Assembly (NCBI RefSeq): GCF_003018235.1 | Contig: NZ_CP027437.1 | Reading direction: 5' to 3' (one strand) | Origin: Escherichia coli | GTDB taxonomy: Bacteria > Pseudomonadota > Gammaproteobacteria > Enterobacterales > Enterobacteriaceae | DNA: 64,000 nt | Shown here: positions 30,460 through 41,706 of the stretch, in pieces | Layout of the letters: every line of letters starts with the position of its first letter | Numbering within the stretch: the stretch's first letter is position 1 | Position numbers and translations under genes: made by a program | Notes under the pieces: model-generated | The model's database searches: none | Seen by the model: only the letters and a program-made list of their open reading frames with translations | Told to the model about the DNA's origin: nothing

Positions 30460-30954
30460 ATGGTTACTTTCCACACCAATCACGGCGATATTGTCATCAA
30501 AACTTTTGACGATAAAGCACCTGAAACAGTTAAAAACTTCCTGGACTACTGCCGCGAAGGTTTTTACAACAACACCATTTTCCACCGTGTTATCAACGGC
30601 TTTATGATTCAGGGCGGCGGTTTTGAACCGGGCATGAAGCAAAAAGCCACCAAAGAACCGATCAAAAACGAAGCCAACAACGGTCTGAAAAATACCCGTG
30701 GTACGCTGGCAATGGCCCGTACTCAGGCACCGCACTCTGCAACTGCACAGTTCTTCATCAACGTGGTTGATAACGACTTCCTGAACTTCTCTGGCGAAAG
30801 CCTGCAAGGTTGGGGCTACTGCGTGTTTGCTGAAGTGGTTGAAGGCATGGACGTGGTAGACAAAATCAAAGGTGTGGCAACCGGTCGTAGCGGTATGCAC
30901 CAGGACGTGCCAAAAGAAGACGTTATCATTGAAAGCGTGACCGTTAGCGAGTAA
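30460..30954 (+). CDS. ppiB: peptidyl-prolyl cis-trans isomerase B (cyclophilin)
   Basis: 164 aa cyclophilin, matches recalled PpiB. Confidence 0.95.
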   Translation: MVTFHTNHGDIVIKTFDDKAPETVKNFLDYCREGFYNNTIFHRVINGFMIQGGGFEPGMKQKATKEPIKNEANNGLKNTRGTLAMARTQAPHSATAQFFINVVDNDFLNFSGESLQGWGYCVFAEVVEGMDVVDKIKGVATGRSGMHQDVPKEDVIIESVTVSE

Positions 30955-30956
30955 TC

Positions 30957-31679
30957 GTGGCGACACTCTTTATTGCAGATCTTCATCTCTGCGCGGAAGA
31001 ACCGGCGATCACCGCCGGTTTTCTGCGTTTTTTAGCGGGGGAAGCCCGCAAGGCCGACGCGCTGTATATTCTTGGCGATCTGTTTGAAGCATGGATTGGC
31101 GACGACGATCCCAACCCACTCCATCGCCAGATGGCGGCAGCGATCAAAGCGGTGTCCGATTCCGGCGTTCCCTGTTATTTCATTCATGGCAACCGTGATT
31201 TTCTGCTCGGCAAACGCTTTGCCCGTGAAAGCGGCATGACGTTATTGCCGGAAGAAAAGGTGCTCGAACTGTATGGTCGTCGGGTGTTGATTATGCATGG
31301 CGACACGCTGTGCACCGATGACGCGGGTTATCAGGCTTTTCGCGCCAAAGTCCACAAGCCGTGGCTGCAGACGCTATTCCTCGCCCTGCCGTTGTTTGTG
31401 CGCAAACGCATTGCCGCGCGAATGCGAGCGAACAGCAAAGAAGCCAACAGCAGTAAATCGCTGGCGATCATGGACGTTAACCAAAACGCGGTGGTCAGTG
31501 CGATGGAAAAACATCAGGTGCAATGGCTGATTCACGGGCATACCCATCGCCCGGCAGTACATGAACTTATCGCCAATCAGCAACCTGCTTTCCGCGTCGT
31601 GCTGGGTGCCTGGCATACGGAAGGTTCAATGGTGAAAGTCACGGCGGATGACGTTGAGCTAATTCATTTCCCGTTTTAA
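30957..31679 (+). CDS. lpxH: UDP-2,3-diacylglucosamine hydrolase LpxH
   Basis: 240 aa calcineurin-like phosphoesterase ([11 protein letters not shown]...), directly after ppiB. Confidence 0.9.
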   Translation: MATLFIADLHLCAEEPAITAGFLRFLAGEARKADALYILGDLFEAWIGDDDPNPLHRQMAAAIKAVSDSGVPCYFIHGNRDFLLGKRFARESGMTLLPEEKVLELYGRRVLIMHGDTLCTDDAGYQAFRAKVHKPWLQTLFLALPLFVRKRIAARMRANSKEANSSKSLAIMDVNQNAVVSAMEKHQVQWLIHGHTHRPAVHELIANQQPAFRVVLGAWHTEGSMVKVTADDVELIHFPF

Positions 31680-31709
31680 AAAACCCGCAACTTTGCTGAT
31701 TTCACAGCC

Positions 31710-31725
31710 ACGCAACCGTTTTCCT
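31710..31725. promoter_or_regulatory. PurR operator upstream of purEK
   Basis: ACGCAACCGTTTTCCT resembles the PurR box consensus (ACGCAAACGTTTTCNT). Confidence 0.55.
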
Positions 31726-31796
31726 TGCTCTCTTTCCGTGCTATTCTCTGTGCCCTCTAAAGCCGAGAGTTGTGCACCACAGGAGTTTTAAGACGC

Positions 31797-32306
31797 ATGT
31801 CTTCCCGCAATAATCCGGCGCGTGTCGCCATCGTGATGGGGTCCAAAAGCGACTGGGCTACCATGCAGTTCGCCGCCGAAATCTTCGAAATCCTGAATGT
31901 CCCACACCACGTTGAAGTGGTTTCTGCTCACCGCACCCCCGATAAACTGTTCAGCTTCGCCGAAAGTGCCGAAGAGAACGGTTATCAGGTGATTATTGCG
32001 GGCGCAGGCGGCGCAGCGCACCTGCCTGGCATGATTGCCGCCAAAACGCTGGTGCCAGTGCTGGGCGTGCCAGTACAGAGCGCCGCACTGAGCGGTGTCG
32101 ATAGTCTCTACTCCATCGTACAAATGCCGCGCGGCATTCCGGTGGGTACACTGGCGATTGGTAAAGCTGGCGCGGCAAACGCGGCATTACTGGCAGCACA
32201 AATTCTCGCGACTCACGATAAAGAGCTACACCAGCGTCTGAATGACTGGCGCAAAGCCCAGACTGACGAAGTGCTGGAAAACCCGGACCCGCGAGGTGCG
32301 GCATGA
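31797..32306 (+). CDS. purE: N5-carboxyaminoimidazole ribonucleotide mutase PurE
   Basis: 169 aa from ATG with AGGAG RBS ([20 protein letters not shown]...). Confidence 0.9.
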   Translation: MSSRNNPARVAIVMGSKSDWATMQFAAEIFEILNVPHHVEVVSAHRTPDKLFSFAESAEENGYQVIIAGAGGAAHLPGMIAAKTLVPVLGVPVQSAALSGVDSLYSIVQMPRGIPVGTLAIGKAGAANAALLAAQILATHDKELHQRLNDWRKAQTDEVLENPDPRGAA

Positions 32307-33370
32307 AACAGGTTTGCGTCCTCGGTAACGGGCAGTTAGGCCGTATGCTGCGTCAGGCAGGCGAACCGTTAGGCATTGCTGTCTGGCCGGTCGGGCTGGA
32401 CGCTGAACCGGCGGCAGTGCCTTTTCAACAAAGCGTGATTACCGCTGAGATCGAACGCTGGCCGGAAACCGCATTAACCCGCGAGCTGGCGCGCCATCCG
32501 GCATTTGTGAACCGCGATGTGTTCCCGATTATTGCCGACCGTCTGACTCAGAAGCAGCTTTTCGACAAGCTTCACCTGCCGACCGCACCGTGGCAGTTAC
32601 TTGCCGATCGCAGCGAGTGGCCTGCGGTGTTTGATCGTTTAGGTGAGCTGGCGATTGTTAAGCGTCGCACTGGTGGCTATGACGGACGCGGTCAATGGCG
32701 TTTACGCGCCGATGAAACCGAACAGTTACCGGCTGAATGCTACGGCGAATGTATTGTCGAGCAGGGCATAAACTTCTCTGGCGAAGTGTCGCTGGTTGGC
32801 GCGCGCGGCTTTGATGGTAGCACCGTGTTTTATCCGCTGACGCATAACCTGCATCAGGACGGTATTTTGCGTACCAGCGTCGCTTTCCCGCAGGCCAATG
32901 CGCAGCAGCAAGCGCAAGCCGAAGAGATGCTGTCGGCGATTATGCAGGAGCTGGGCTATGTGGGCGTGATGGCGATGGAGTGTTTTGTCACCCCGCAAGG
33001 TCTGCTGATCAACGAACTGGCTCCGCGTGTGCATAACAGTGGTCACTGGACGCAAAACGGTGCCAGCATCAGCCAGTTTGAGCTGCATCTGCGGGCGATT
33101 ACCGATCTGCCGTTACCGCAACCGGTAGTGAATAGTCCGTCGGTGATGATCAACCTGATTGGTAGCGATGTGAATTATGACTGGCTGAAACTGCCGCTGG
33201 TACATCTGCACTGGTACGACAAAGAAGTCCGTCCGGGGCGTAAAGTGGGGCATCTGAATTTAACCGACAGCGACACATCGCGTCTGACCGCGACGCTGGA
33301 AGCCTTAATCCCGCTGCTGCCGCCGGAGTATGCCAGCGGCGTGATGTGGGCGCAGAGTAAGTTCAATTAA
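32303..33370 (+). CDS. purK: N5-carboxyaminoimidazole ribonucleotide synthetase PurK
   Basis: 355 aa ATP-grasp enzyme overlapping purE stop. Confidence 0.9.
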   Translation: MKQVCVLGNGQLGRMLRQAGEPLGIAVWPVGLDAEPAAVPFQQSVITAEIERWPETALTRELARHPAFVNRDVFPIIADRLTQKQLFDKLHLPTAPWQLLADRSEWPAVFDRLGELAIVKRRTGGYDGRGQWRLRADETEQLPAECYGECIVEQGINFSGEVSLVGARGFDGSTVFYPLTHNLHQDGILRTSVAFPQANAQQQAQAEEMLSAIMQELGYVGVMAMECFVTPQGLLINELAPRVHNSGHWTQNGASISQFELHLRAITDLPLPQPVVNSPSVMINLIGSDVNYDWLKLPLVHLHWYDKEVRPGRKVGHLNLTDSDTSRLTATLEALIPLLPPEYASGVMWAQSKFN

Positions 33371-33384
33371 CCTGGTGCTCATAT

Positions 33385-33500
33385 TCTTGCCGGATTCGGC
33401 GTGAACGCCTTATCCGGCTTACCACTCCGGTACCCATTGTAGACCTGATAAGACGCGTCAAGCGTCGCATCAGGCATGGTGCGCCGATTGCCGGATGCTC
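33385..33500. repeat. REP/BIME element cluster
   Basis: GCCGGATTCGGCGTGAACGCCTTATCCGGC and TGATAAGACGCGTCAAGCGTCGCATCAGGC palindromic units after purK. Confidence 0.55.
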
Positions 33501-33506
33501 TCATCA

Positions 33507-34400
33507 CTACAGCGAAATACAGGTCCCCGCTTCGCCCGCCAGCGTCTCTTCAATCCGCGATAACGCCCCAATCCACGCAGGTTTGCCACGGCTTCTGACA
33601 TAGCCACTCACCGCCATTACCTTCGGCCCCATCGAACCATCGGCTTTGGCAAATGGCGCTAACTCATCCGGTGTGGCATGGCGAATGGCACGTTGCTGCG
33701 GGGTTCCCCAGTTTTCATATACCGCATCAGCATCGGTGAGGATCACCAGTCCATCGGCATTAATCTGCTCGGCGAGCAACGCAGCGGCGAGATCTTTATC
33801 AATCACCGCTTCACTCCCTGCCCCATCATCCGTCACAGGCACACCGCCGCCGCCGCTGCAAATCACCACATGCCCTTCTTTGAGCAACAACTCAATAGCT
33901 TCGCTGTCGAGAATTTTACGCGGTTGCGGAGACGCCACCACCCGGCGCAAGTATTTACCATCACGTTTCATCTGCCAGCCGTAAGCTGCTTCTAGTGCCT
34001 CTTGTTCTTCTGGCTGATAAACCGGACCAATAAACTTCTCTGGCTGCAAAAACGCCGGATCATCAGGCGAAACCTCAATGCGCGTCAGCACCGTCGTCAC
34101 GGGCGGCATCTGCGGCTGTGCGCTCAAGCTCTGCGCCAGCATATAGCCAATCATCCCCTAGCTTTCCGCCACCAGCACATCCAGCGGATACGGTTCTACC
34201 TCTTTCCACGCCAGATTCTGTAACGCCAGCAGCCCCACCTGCGGCCCGTTGCCGTGAACAATCGCCAGCCGATAAGAACGGGCCAGGCGCGCCAGCGCAG
34301 GTACAGCGCTGGCGATATTGCGATATTGATTTTCTGCCGTCAGCGCCTCACCGCGCTGAAGCAAGGCATTGCCCCCAAGAGCTACAACCAGTGTTTTCAT
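33507..34400 (-). pseudogene. ybcF: carbamate kinase-like YbcF interrupted by an in-frame amber (TAG) codon
   Basis: 80-aa ORF (34158..34400) and 215-aa ORF (33507..34154) are in the same frame, separated by TAG-GGG; read together they reconstitute the roughly 297-aa carbamate kinase (...VLVAES*GMIGYML...). Confidence 0.7.
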
Positions 34401-35212
34401 GGTTTTCCTTGTAATAATTGTTGACCAAGCCAGAACCCCAGCAGCGTATCTGCCCCTGACGTATGCCCCAGCGCCAGCAGCGAATCAATCGCAACAGCGG
34501 TACGTTTCGGGCAACTCAGAGCATGAACAAAGTGCAGGAGTGGCGAGGCGAAATATCCTTGCGCGGCATAACGTAAATAACTGACGCTCACCGCTGTGGT
34601 AACGAGTTGAAGATGGTCGGAACAGGCAAAAAACGGGCGACCGGAGCGCGCATCTAAAGCGCCATAATACCAGGCTGCCAGCAGCATTCCCGTCAGCGTG
34701 TCATCATGACTCGGCGTTAATCCCGGCCCTTTACCCAGCCAGTGCCGCCAGTCGGTCTTAACGCCATTGAGCGCGGCCTGAAAACAGTGACGAAACTGGC
34801 GTAATTCAGCAGGCAGCGGATCGCTTGTCGCCATCGCCAGTGGCCCGAAAAGCCCGGTTTCCTCCGCGCGTTGCATCCATGCAGCTGCAAGCGGTTGAGG
34901 ATGCGCAGGCGGCGTAATACGCAGCAAACAATAACGCTGTGGCTGTTTAACCGTGAAACGCCCGAGGCGAATCCCTTGTGCCACAACCTGCGGTCGTTCA
35001 TTGCCGCATAATCCACCACATAACGCATCGAATTGCGCGCGGCGAAGCACCCATCCTCCGGGGCCGAAACCACTACCCTGACGATGCAGCGTTAACAGTT
35101 CGCCGCTTTCCGTCATCAGGTTAATCGCCCGTCGCCACACTCCCGCTAACCGCCAGGACTGGCAATAATTCGGTGCGCTACGGCTGGCAAGCAGAGGATG
35201 GATGATCGTCAT
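34397..35212 (-). CDS. ylbF: YlbF (DUF2877 family, allantoin-associated)
   Basis: 271 aa from internal ATG ([18 protein letters not shown]...). Confidence 0.8.
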   Translation of the reverse strand: MTIIHPLLASRSAPNYCQSWRLAGVWRRAINLMTESGELLTLHRQGSGFGPGGWVLRRAQFDALCGGLCGNERPQVVAQGIRLGRFTVKQPQRYCLLRITPPAHPQPLAAAWMQRAEETGLFGPLAMATSDPLPAELRQFRHCFQAALNGVKTDWRHWLGKGPGLTPSHDDTLTGMLLAAWYYGALDARSGRPFFACSDHLQLVTTAVSVSYLRYAAQGYFASPLLHFVHALSCPKRTAVAIDSLLALGHTSGADTLLGFWLGQQLLQGKP

Positions 35213-35222
35213 TGCGCGATCC

Positions 35223-36482
35223 TCAACCAATCCCCATGCTTTCAGCCAGTGCTTCCAGCGCCTGTTCAAAGCACGCCAGCGGTGCCCGCACAGTGCCTGC
35301 GCCAATCTGCCCGATCCCCGCCTCTTTATGGGCGATACCGGTATTGATGAGTGGCGTAATGCCGGTTTCTACCACGCGACGAATGTCCAGTCCCAGGCAC
35401 GCGCCCTGAAAATCCCAGCTTGGGATCTGCAACTGCATATTGCGTTCAAGGAAGATTTCCGCCATCTCTTCAGATACAGCTCTGGCCGCTTCCATGCCAC
35501 CCGCACCGACAAAGCGCGTTACGCCAGGCGCTGCGATCATTGCCGCTCCGCCAATACCAAAGGTTTCGGTAATTGCGCTATCGCCCATATCCGGGTTCGC
35601 CTGCTCCTGCGAGAAGCCGGTGAAAAACAGACCTTGCGGAGTGTTTACAGGCGCAGTAAACCAGCGTTCACCCAGCCCGCTTACCCGAATCCCGAACATA
35701 TTGCCGTTGCGGGTCATAGCCGTAACGATGCTGCCTGCGCGGATCATCGCGCCAGCATCCATCGCCGCCTTGCAGTAGGCCATCGCGAGGTTGAGGAAGA
35801 ACTGATCGGTCACGTTGAGGAAATCCATCACTTCCGCAATGTGCTGTTTATCATGATCGAGGCGAGCAATTTGTGGGGCCAGCGCACGCATTAACAGTGC
35901 AGAGGAAGCAATGTTGCGTTGATGGAACTCATCGCCCATGGTAATGCCCTGCGCCATCATCGCCGTGAGATCGATACCGCGCTCCATGCGCCCCAGCGCC
36001 GCGCTTAATACTGGCATTAACACATCGCGCATCCAGCGATGGCGAGTCAGGACATCTTCGCCGTAAGCGCCAAAACGCATCACTTTGCCGATACCTTCGT
36101 TGAGGTTGCAGTACGCCCGGTTGCCGTCGGTCACGTTCTCGACCACCAGCATCGGCATACTGGCAGAAGTAATGCCGCCCATTGGCCCGACGGCATTCAC
36201 ATGGTGACAAGGAATGAAGTTCACTTCCCCCTGATCCAGCATTGCCAGCGCCTGCGCTTCATCTTTCGCCCAGCCTTCAAACAGACATGCGCCCACACAT
36301 GCCCCTTTCATGGGTCCGGTCATCTCCTGCCAGCGCATTGGCGGCCCGGCGTGAAGCAGTGTTTTGCCCTCGTTTAGTTCGCTGATAAGTGAAGAAGCCG
36401 GTTGCACATCCAGCCAGTGTGGACGAGCACGACGAATTTGTTCGATAACCGCAGCATTGGCTTGCGCCACTGATGTAAACAT
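35223..36482 (-). CDS. ylbE: YlbE (DUF1116 family), intact
   Basis: 419-aa uninterrupted ORF. Confidence 0.85.
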   Translation of the reverse strand: MFTSVAQANAAVIEQIRRARPHWLDVQPASSLISELNEGKTLLHAGPPMRWQEMTGPMKGACVGACLFEGWAKDEAQALAMLDQGEVNFIPCHHVNAVGPMGGITSASMPMLVVENVTDGNRAYCNLNEGIGKVMRFGAYGEDVLTRHRWMRDVLMPVLSAALGRMERGIDLTAMMAQGITMGDEFHQRNIASSALLMRALAPQIARLDHDKQHIAEVMDFLNVTDQFFLNLAMAYCKAAMDAGAMIRAGSIVTAMTRNGNMFGIRVSGLGERWFTAPVNTPQGLFFTGFSQEQANPDMGDSAITETFGIGGAAMIAAPGVTRFVGAGGMEAARAVSEEMAEIFLERNMQLQIPSWDFQGACLGLDIRRVVETGITPLINTGIAHKEAGIGQIGAGTVRAPLACFEQALEALAESMGIG

Positions 36483-36491
36483 GGGAACCCC

Positions 36492-38159
36492 TTATTGCAA
36501 ACGTTCTAATAAACGAGCCAGTTTTTTATTGCCGCCGGCGACTGGCGACCATTGGTAATGCACAACCGGTTTGCTGGCGCTTTGTAGCGCCAGCGCAAAG
36601 CTGCGTAATCCGATGTTAATCACGGCGACGTTTTCCAGTAATGACGGTGTGTGTTGCTGTGTGGCAGGCGAGAGCGGATGAATTAACGCTGCCGCCAGCA
36701 AGGTGGCTTCCGGCAGCGAACTCACGACCGCGATCCCCGCATCTTCCAGCGTGGCGATTTGTTGCGAGCGGCATTGCGGGTCACGTTCGGTGCCTGTCAC
36801 CGTGGCAATGGCATACAGTGGTTGATTGTCTGGACGCGCGGCACAGGCTTTTTGCCAGGCGCTCACCAGCGAGGCGGCAGGATCGGCAGTCGCACCGAAG
36901 CCAATCACGACATCAAGCAGCAACACGCGCACTTGCGGTTTAGCGCCGAGATCGGCAATTAACAGGTTGCGTAAGGTCGGGTCGATCATCGGATGGGGAC
37001 GCCCGACGGTGTAAAAATCATCGCCCAGGTCGAGGATCTGATGTCCGTCGGCGTCGAGCATCATGCCATGTTGATGGGTATCGTCGGCTTCCACGCCAAG
37101 GTGTCCGGCAAGTAATCCCGCCGCTTCAGCAGCCAGCGTACCGCCGGTATACAAACCGCAAATAAATCCGCTGCTGACAGGTGCTATTGCGTTACGTCGC
37201 GCCGTGACGCGTGAAAGCAGGCAAGCCAGGCGTGCGGCCTCATCAAGCGAGGAGGCAAACCAGACATTCTCGTCGCGGGCCACCGCCGGGGTATAACCTA
37301 AAAACAGCGCCACCGTCGGTTTGCCAGTTGCTTTCATGGCATTAACAATTTTCAGACGCACAGCTTCGGCAGGTGGTTTTGAAACAAATGCCAGCACTTC
37401 GCTTTTCTCGTCGGCGCTTAACATTTCCAGCGCCGTTAGCGCACTGATGCCGCCCACTTCAAGGCTGAGGTCGCGCCCGCCAAGACCAATCGCGTGGGTA
37501 ATTCCCTCACCTGCCAGCGCAATCTGTGAGCACAGCTCCTGAATCCCGGTACCGGAAGCGCCAATGACGCCAATGTTGCCTTCCGGCATCACGTTAGCAA
37601 AAGCCAGCGGCGTGCCGGCAATCATCGACGTACCGCAGTCCGGCCCCATCACCAGCAAGCCTTTTTCCCGCGCGCGGGTTTTAAGTTGGATTTCATCTTC
37701 CAGCGTGACGTTATCGGAGAACATCATCACGTTGAGGTTGCGATCCAGCGCCTGATTCGCCAGCTCCGCCGCATACTCGCCAGCCACTGAAATCAGCGCC
37801 AGACTGGCGTCGGGTAATTTCTGACAGGCACTGTCCCAGCGACGCACCTGCGTCAACGCCTGGCTGCTGCCTGACCCCTGCGCCAGTTGTTTTAGCGCCT
37901 CTTCAAGCTGCTGCATAATCGCCTGCGCGATCCCCGCATCCGCCGCTTCGCTACGAATTGCCACGCAAATATCGTTCGGCGTGGCGTTATTAAAATCGTC
38001 ATGCCAGAAACCTGTGGTATCTAATAACGCTTTATTGGCGGGCGTACCCATCATTACGGAAACATCATCAACATTTTCTGATTCGCTGAGTTTTCGTGAA
38101 ATAATCATTAAACTGACCGAATCCTGAAAACACCCTTTTTTAATAAAGGCGTGGATCAT
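36492..38159 (-). CDS. fdrA: FdrA (acyl-CoA synthetase/succinyl-CoA ligase alpha-like)
   Basis: 555 aa CoA-binding/ligase-like protein. Confidence 0.85.
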   Translation of the reverse strand: MIHAFIKKGCFQDSVSLMIISRKLSESENVDDVSVMMGTPANKALLDTTGFWHDDFNNATPNDICVAIRSEAADAGIAQAIMQQLEEALKQLAQGSGSSQALTQVRRWDSACQKLPDASLALISVAGEYAAELANQALDRNLNVMMFSDNVTLEDEIQLKTRAREKGLLVMGPDCGTSMIAGTPLAFANVMPEGNIGVIGASGTGIQELCSQIALAGEGITHAIGLGGRDLSLEVGGISALTALEMLSADEKSEVLAFVSKPPAEAVRLKIVNAMKATGKPTVALFLGYTPAVARDENVWFASSLDEAARLACLLSRVTARRNAIAPVSSGFICGLYTGGTLAAEAAGLLAGHLGVEADDTHQHGMMLDADGHQILDLGDDFYTVGRPHPMIDPTLRNLLIADLGAKPQVRVLLLDVVIGFGATADPAASLVSAWQKACAARPDNQPLYAIATVTGTERDPQCRSQQIATLEDAGIAVVSSLPEATLLAAALIHPLSPATQQHTPSLLENVAVINIGLRSFALALQSASKPVVHYQWSPVAGGNKKLARLLERLQ

Positions 38160-38475
38160 AACAACTCCTTAAAAATTGCACCCATGGCAATTGCACGAGC
38201 AGTGTTAATGTGGCGATTACGGTATCGATGACAACGAGTAAATAAGGTGATGAATATCACACAGGGATTATTAACAAAAGAATTCAAATAACCGCCAGGC
38301 TATTACGTGTTATTTTTTAATAAGCGTGGTTGTTTTAAAAACCAGGTTAAAAGCGAGCGGATTATCAAATAAATTCTAACTATATTTTTTTGCCTGTCTG
38401 GATCACATAATCCAGATATTTTCCCTGTATGTTAATTGCAGTCATGCTTCACACCGTCGTTAAAAAGGAAGACAG

Positions 38476-39525
38476 ATGAAAATCAGTCGGGAAACACTCC
38501 ACCAGCTAATCGAGAATAAACTCTGCCAGGCTGGGTTAAAACGTGAGCACGCTGCAACCGTGGCTGAAGTATTGGTTTACGCCGATGCCAGAGGGATCCA
38601 CTCTCATGGCGCGGTGCGCGTGGAATACTACGCGGAACGCATTTCAAAAGGCGGCACCAACCGCGAACCGGAGTTTCGTCTTGAGGAAACCGGGCCGTGT
38701 TCGGCAATTTTACATGCCGACAATGCTGCCGGACAGGTCGCGGCGAAAATGGGTATGGAACATGCCATCAAAACCGCCCAGCAAAAAGGCGTTGCGGTGG
38801 TCGGTATCAGCCGGATGGGTCACAGCGGCGCAATCTCTTATTTTGTACAGCAGGCAGCTCGCGCCGGGTTAATTGGCATTTCGATGTGCCAGTCCGATCC
38901 AATGGTGGTGCCGTTTGGCGGCGCGGAAATTTACTACGGTACTAACCCACTGGCCTTTGCCGCGCCGGGAGAGGGCGACGAGATCCTTACCTTTGATATG
39001 GCGACTACCGTACAGGCATGGGGAAAAGTGCTCGACGCCCGCTCGCGTAATATGTCTATCCCGGATACCTGGGCGGTCGATAAAAACGGTGCACCAACAA
39101 CCGATCCATTTGCAGTTAACGCCCTGCTCCCTGCCGCCGGACCGAAAGGGTATGGCCTGATGATGATGATTGACGTCCTCTCAGGCGTCTTACTCGGCTT
39201 ACCGTTCGGGCGACAGGTTAGTTCGATGTATGACGATTTACACGCCGGGCGTAATTTGGGGCAATTACATATCGTTATTAACCCGAACTTTTTCTCCTCC
39301 AGCGAATTATTCCGTCAACATCTTAGCCAGACCATGCGCGAATTAAATGCCATTACCCCCGCGCCCGGTTTTAATCAGGTTTATTATCCCGGACAGGATC
39401 AGGATATTAAACAACGCAAAGCCGCCGTCGAAGGCATCGAAATTGTTGATGATATTTACCAGTATTTAATTTCCGACGCGCTTTATAACACGTCATACGA
39501 AACGAAAAATCCCTTTGCGCAATAA
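38476..39525 (+). CDS. allD: ureidoglycolate dehydrogenase AllD
   Basis: 349 aa Ldh_2-family oxidoreductase at head of allDCE. Confidence 0.9.
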   Translation: MKISRETLHQLIENKLCQAGLKREHAATVAEVLVYADARGIHSHGAVRVEYYAERISKGGTNREPEFRLEETGPCSAILHADNAAGQVAAKMGMEHAIKTAQQKGVAVVGISRMGHSGAISYFVQQAARAGLIGISMCQSDPMVVPFGGAEIYYGTNPLAFAAPGEGDEILTFDMATTVQAWGKVLDARSRNMSIPDTWAVDKNGAPTTDPFAVNALLPAAGPKGYGLMMMIDVLSGVLLGLPFGRQVSSMYDDLHAGRNLGQLHIVINPNFFSSSELFRQHLSQTMRELNAITPAPGFNQVYYPGQDQDIKQRKAAVEGIEIVDDIYQYLISDALYNTSYETKNPFAQ

Positions 39526-39546
39526 TTATTGAGACAGGACTTTCTT

Positions 39547-40782
39547 ATGATTACACATTTCCGTCAAGCCATAGAAGAAACGCTGCCCTGGCTTTCCTCT
39601 TTTGGCGCTGACCCAACGGGTGGGATGACCCGTTTACTTTATTCGCCGGAATGGCTGGAAACCCAGCAGCAATTTAAAAAAAGAATGGCAGCAAGCGGGC
39701 TGGAAACACGTTTCGATGAAGTGGGGAATTTATACGGTCGCCTGAGTGGCACCGAATATCCACAGGAAGTGGTTCTGAGCGGTTCGCATATCGATACCGT
39801 GGTTAACGGCGGTAACCTCGACGGGCAATTCGGCGCGCTGGCGGCGTGGCTGGCAATTGACTGGTTGAAAACGCAATACGGCGCGCCGTTACGTACGGTC
39901 GAAGTGGTGGCGATGGCAGAAGAAGAAGGCAGCCGCTTCCCGTATGTCTTCTGGGGCAGTAAAAATATCTTTGGGCTGGCGAATCCTGACGACGTGCGGA
40001 ATATCTGTGATGCCAAAGGAAATAGTTTTGTCGATGCGATGAAGGCTTGCGGATTTACTCTGCCGAACGCCCCACTAACTCCGCGTCAGGATATTAAAGC
40101 CTTTGTCGAACTGCATATCGAACAGGGCTGTGTGCTGGAAAGTAATGGGCAGTCAATTGGCGTGGTGAATGCAATTGTCGGGCAGCGTCGTTATACGGTG
40201 ACGCTGAATGGCGAATCAAACCATGCAGGCACCACGCCGATGGGTTATCGTCGTGATACGGTTTACGCTTTCAGTCGCATATGCCATCAGTCGATCGAAA
40301 AAGCGAAAAAGATGGGCGACCCGCTGGTGCTGACCTTTGGCAAGGTGGAGCCGCGCCCGAATACGGTGAATGTGGTGCCGGGTAAAACCACGTTCACCAT
40401 TGATTGTCGCCATACCGATGCTGCCGTGCTGCGCGATTTCACCCAACAGTTAGAAAACGACATGCGGGCGATTTGCGATGAAATGGACATTGGTATTGAT
40501 ATCGATTTATGGATGGACGAAGAACCCGTGCCGATGAATAAGGAGCTGGTCGCCACCCTGACAGAATTGTGTGAAAGTGAAAAACTGAATTACCGGGTGA
40601 TGCACAGTGGTGCCGGGCACGACGCACAAATTTTCGCGCCGCGCGTGCCGACCTGCATGATTTTTATCCCCAGCATCAACGGGATCAGCCATAACCCGGC
40701 AGAACGCACCAATATTACCGACCTTGCCGAAGGGGTCAAAACGTTGGCACTCATGCTTTATCAACTTGCCTGGCAGAAATAA
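39547..40782 (+). CDS. allC: allantoate amidohydrolase AllC
   Basis: 411 aa M20-family amidohydrolase from ATG MITHFRQAIEETLPW. Confidence 0.9.
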   Translation: MITHFRQAIEETLPWLSSFGADPTGGMTRLLYSPEWLETQQQFKKRMAASGLETRFDEVGNLYGRLSGTEYPQEVVLSGSHIDTVVNGGNLDGQFGALAAWLAIDWLKTQYGAPLRTVEVVAMAEEEGSRFPYVFWGSKNIFGLANPDDVRNICDAKGNSFVDAMKACGFTLPNAPLTPRQDIKAFVELHIEQGCVLESNGQSIGVVNAIVGQRRYTVTLNGESNHAGTTPMGYRRDTVYAFSRICHQSIEKAKKMGDPLVLTFGKVEPRPNTVNVVPGKTTFTIDCRHTDAAVLRDFTQQLENDMRAICDEMDIGIDIDLWMDEEPVPMNKELVATLTELCESEKLNYRVMHSGAGHDAQIFAPRVPTCMIFIPSINGISHNPAERTNITDLAEGVKTLALMLYQLAWQK

Positions 40783-40792
40783 GGAGTCATAA

Positions 40793-41578
40793 ATGGGATA
40801 TTTAAATAACGTCACCGGTTACCGCGATGATTTACTGGCTAACCGTGCAATTGTTAAACACGGTAATTTCGCGCTGTTAACCCCGGATGGTCTGGTAAAA
40901 AATATTATTCCTGGCTTTGAAAATTGTGACGCGACAATCCTCTCCACGCCAAAGCTGGGTGCCTCTTTTGTTGATTATCTGGTCACACTGCATCAAAACG
41001 GTGGCAACCAACAGGGCTTCGGGGGTGAAGGAATTGAAACGTTCCTGTATGTGATCTCTGGAAATATCACTGCCAAAGCCGAAGGGAAAACATTTGCCTT
41101 AAGCGAAGGTGGCTATCTTTATTGCCCACCAGGCTCCTTAATGACGTTTGTTAACGCCCAGGCCGAAGACAGCCAAATCTTTTTATATAAGCGCCGCTAT
41201 GTTCCGGTAGAAGGCCATGCACCGTGGCTGGTTTCTGGCAATGCCAGCGAACTGGAACGCATTCATTATGAAGGCATGGACGATGTTATTCTGCTGGATT
41301 TTCTGCCCAAAGAGTTAGGTTTTGATATGAACATGCATATCCTCTCTTTTGCGCCAGGTGCCAGCCACGGTTATATCGAAACACATGTTCAGGAACACGG
41401 TGCCTATATTCTTTCCGGTCAGGGGGTTTATAACCTCGACAATAACTGGATCCCGGTGAAAAAAGGCGATTACATCTTTATGGGCGCTTATTCCTTACAG
41501 GCCGGTTATGGCGTAGGGCGTGGTGAAGCGTTCAGCTATATTTACTCGAAAGATTGCAACCGCGACGTAGAGATTTAA
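40793..41578 (+). CDS. allE: (S)-ureidoglycine aminohydrolase AllE (YlbA)
   Basis: 261 aa bicupin protein. Confidence 0.85.
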   Translation: MGYLNNVTGYRDDLLANRAIVKHGNFALLTPDGLVKNIIPGFENCDATILSTPKLGASFVDYLVTLHQNGGNQQGFGGEGIETFLYVISGNITAKAEGKTFALSEGGYLYCPPGSLMTFVNAQAEDSQIFLYKRRYVPVEGHAPWLVSGNASELERIHYEGMDDVILLDFLPKELGFDMNMHILSFAPGASHGYIETHVQEHGAYILSGQGVYNLDNNWIPVKKGDYIFMGAYSLQAGYGVGRGEAFSYIYSKDCNRDVEI

Positions 41579-41620
41579 GTCATACCACTCGCCTGATTAT
41601 TTTTAGCTATGTTGGATTTT

Positions 41621-41689
41621 GCCACGGTTTATACCGTGGCTTTTTTTGTAGTCAATTCAGGTAAAAAAAGATGCGATATAAATCGCATC
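41621..41689. terminator. convergent terminator pair between allE and glxK
   Basis: GCCACGGTTTATACCGTGGC+TTTTTTT (plus) and GATGCGATTTATATCGCATC+TTTTTTT (minus). Confidence 0.6.
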
Positions 41690-41706
41690 CGCTTTAAAGG
41701 TAATAG

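Noticed and set aside
34155-34160. Treating the ybcF TAG as programmed recoding
   Set aside because: No stimulatory structure or known recoding context; a simple nonsense mutation or sequencing error is more parsimonious.
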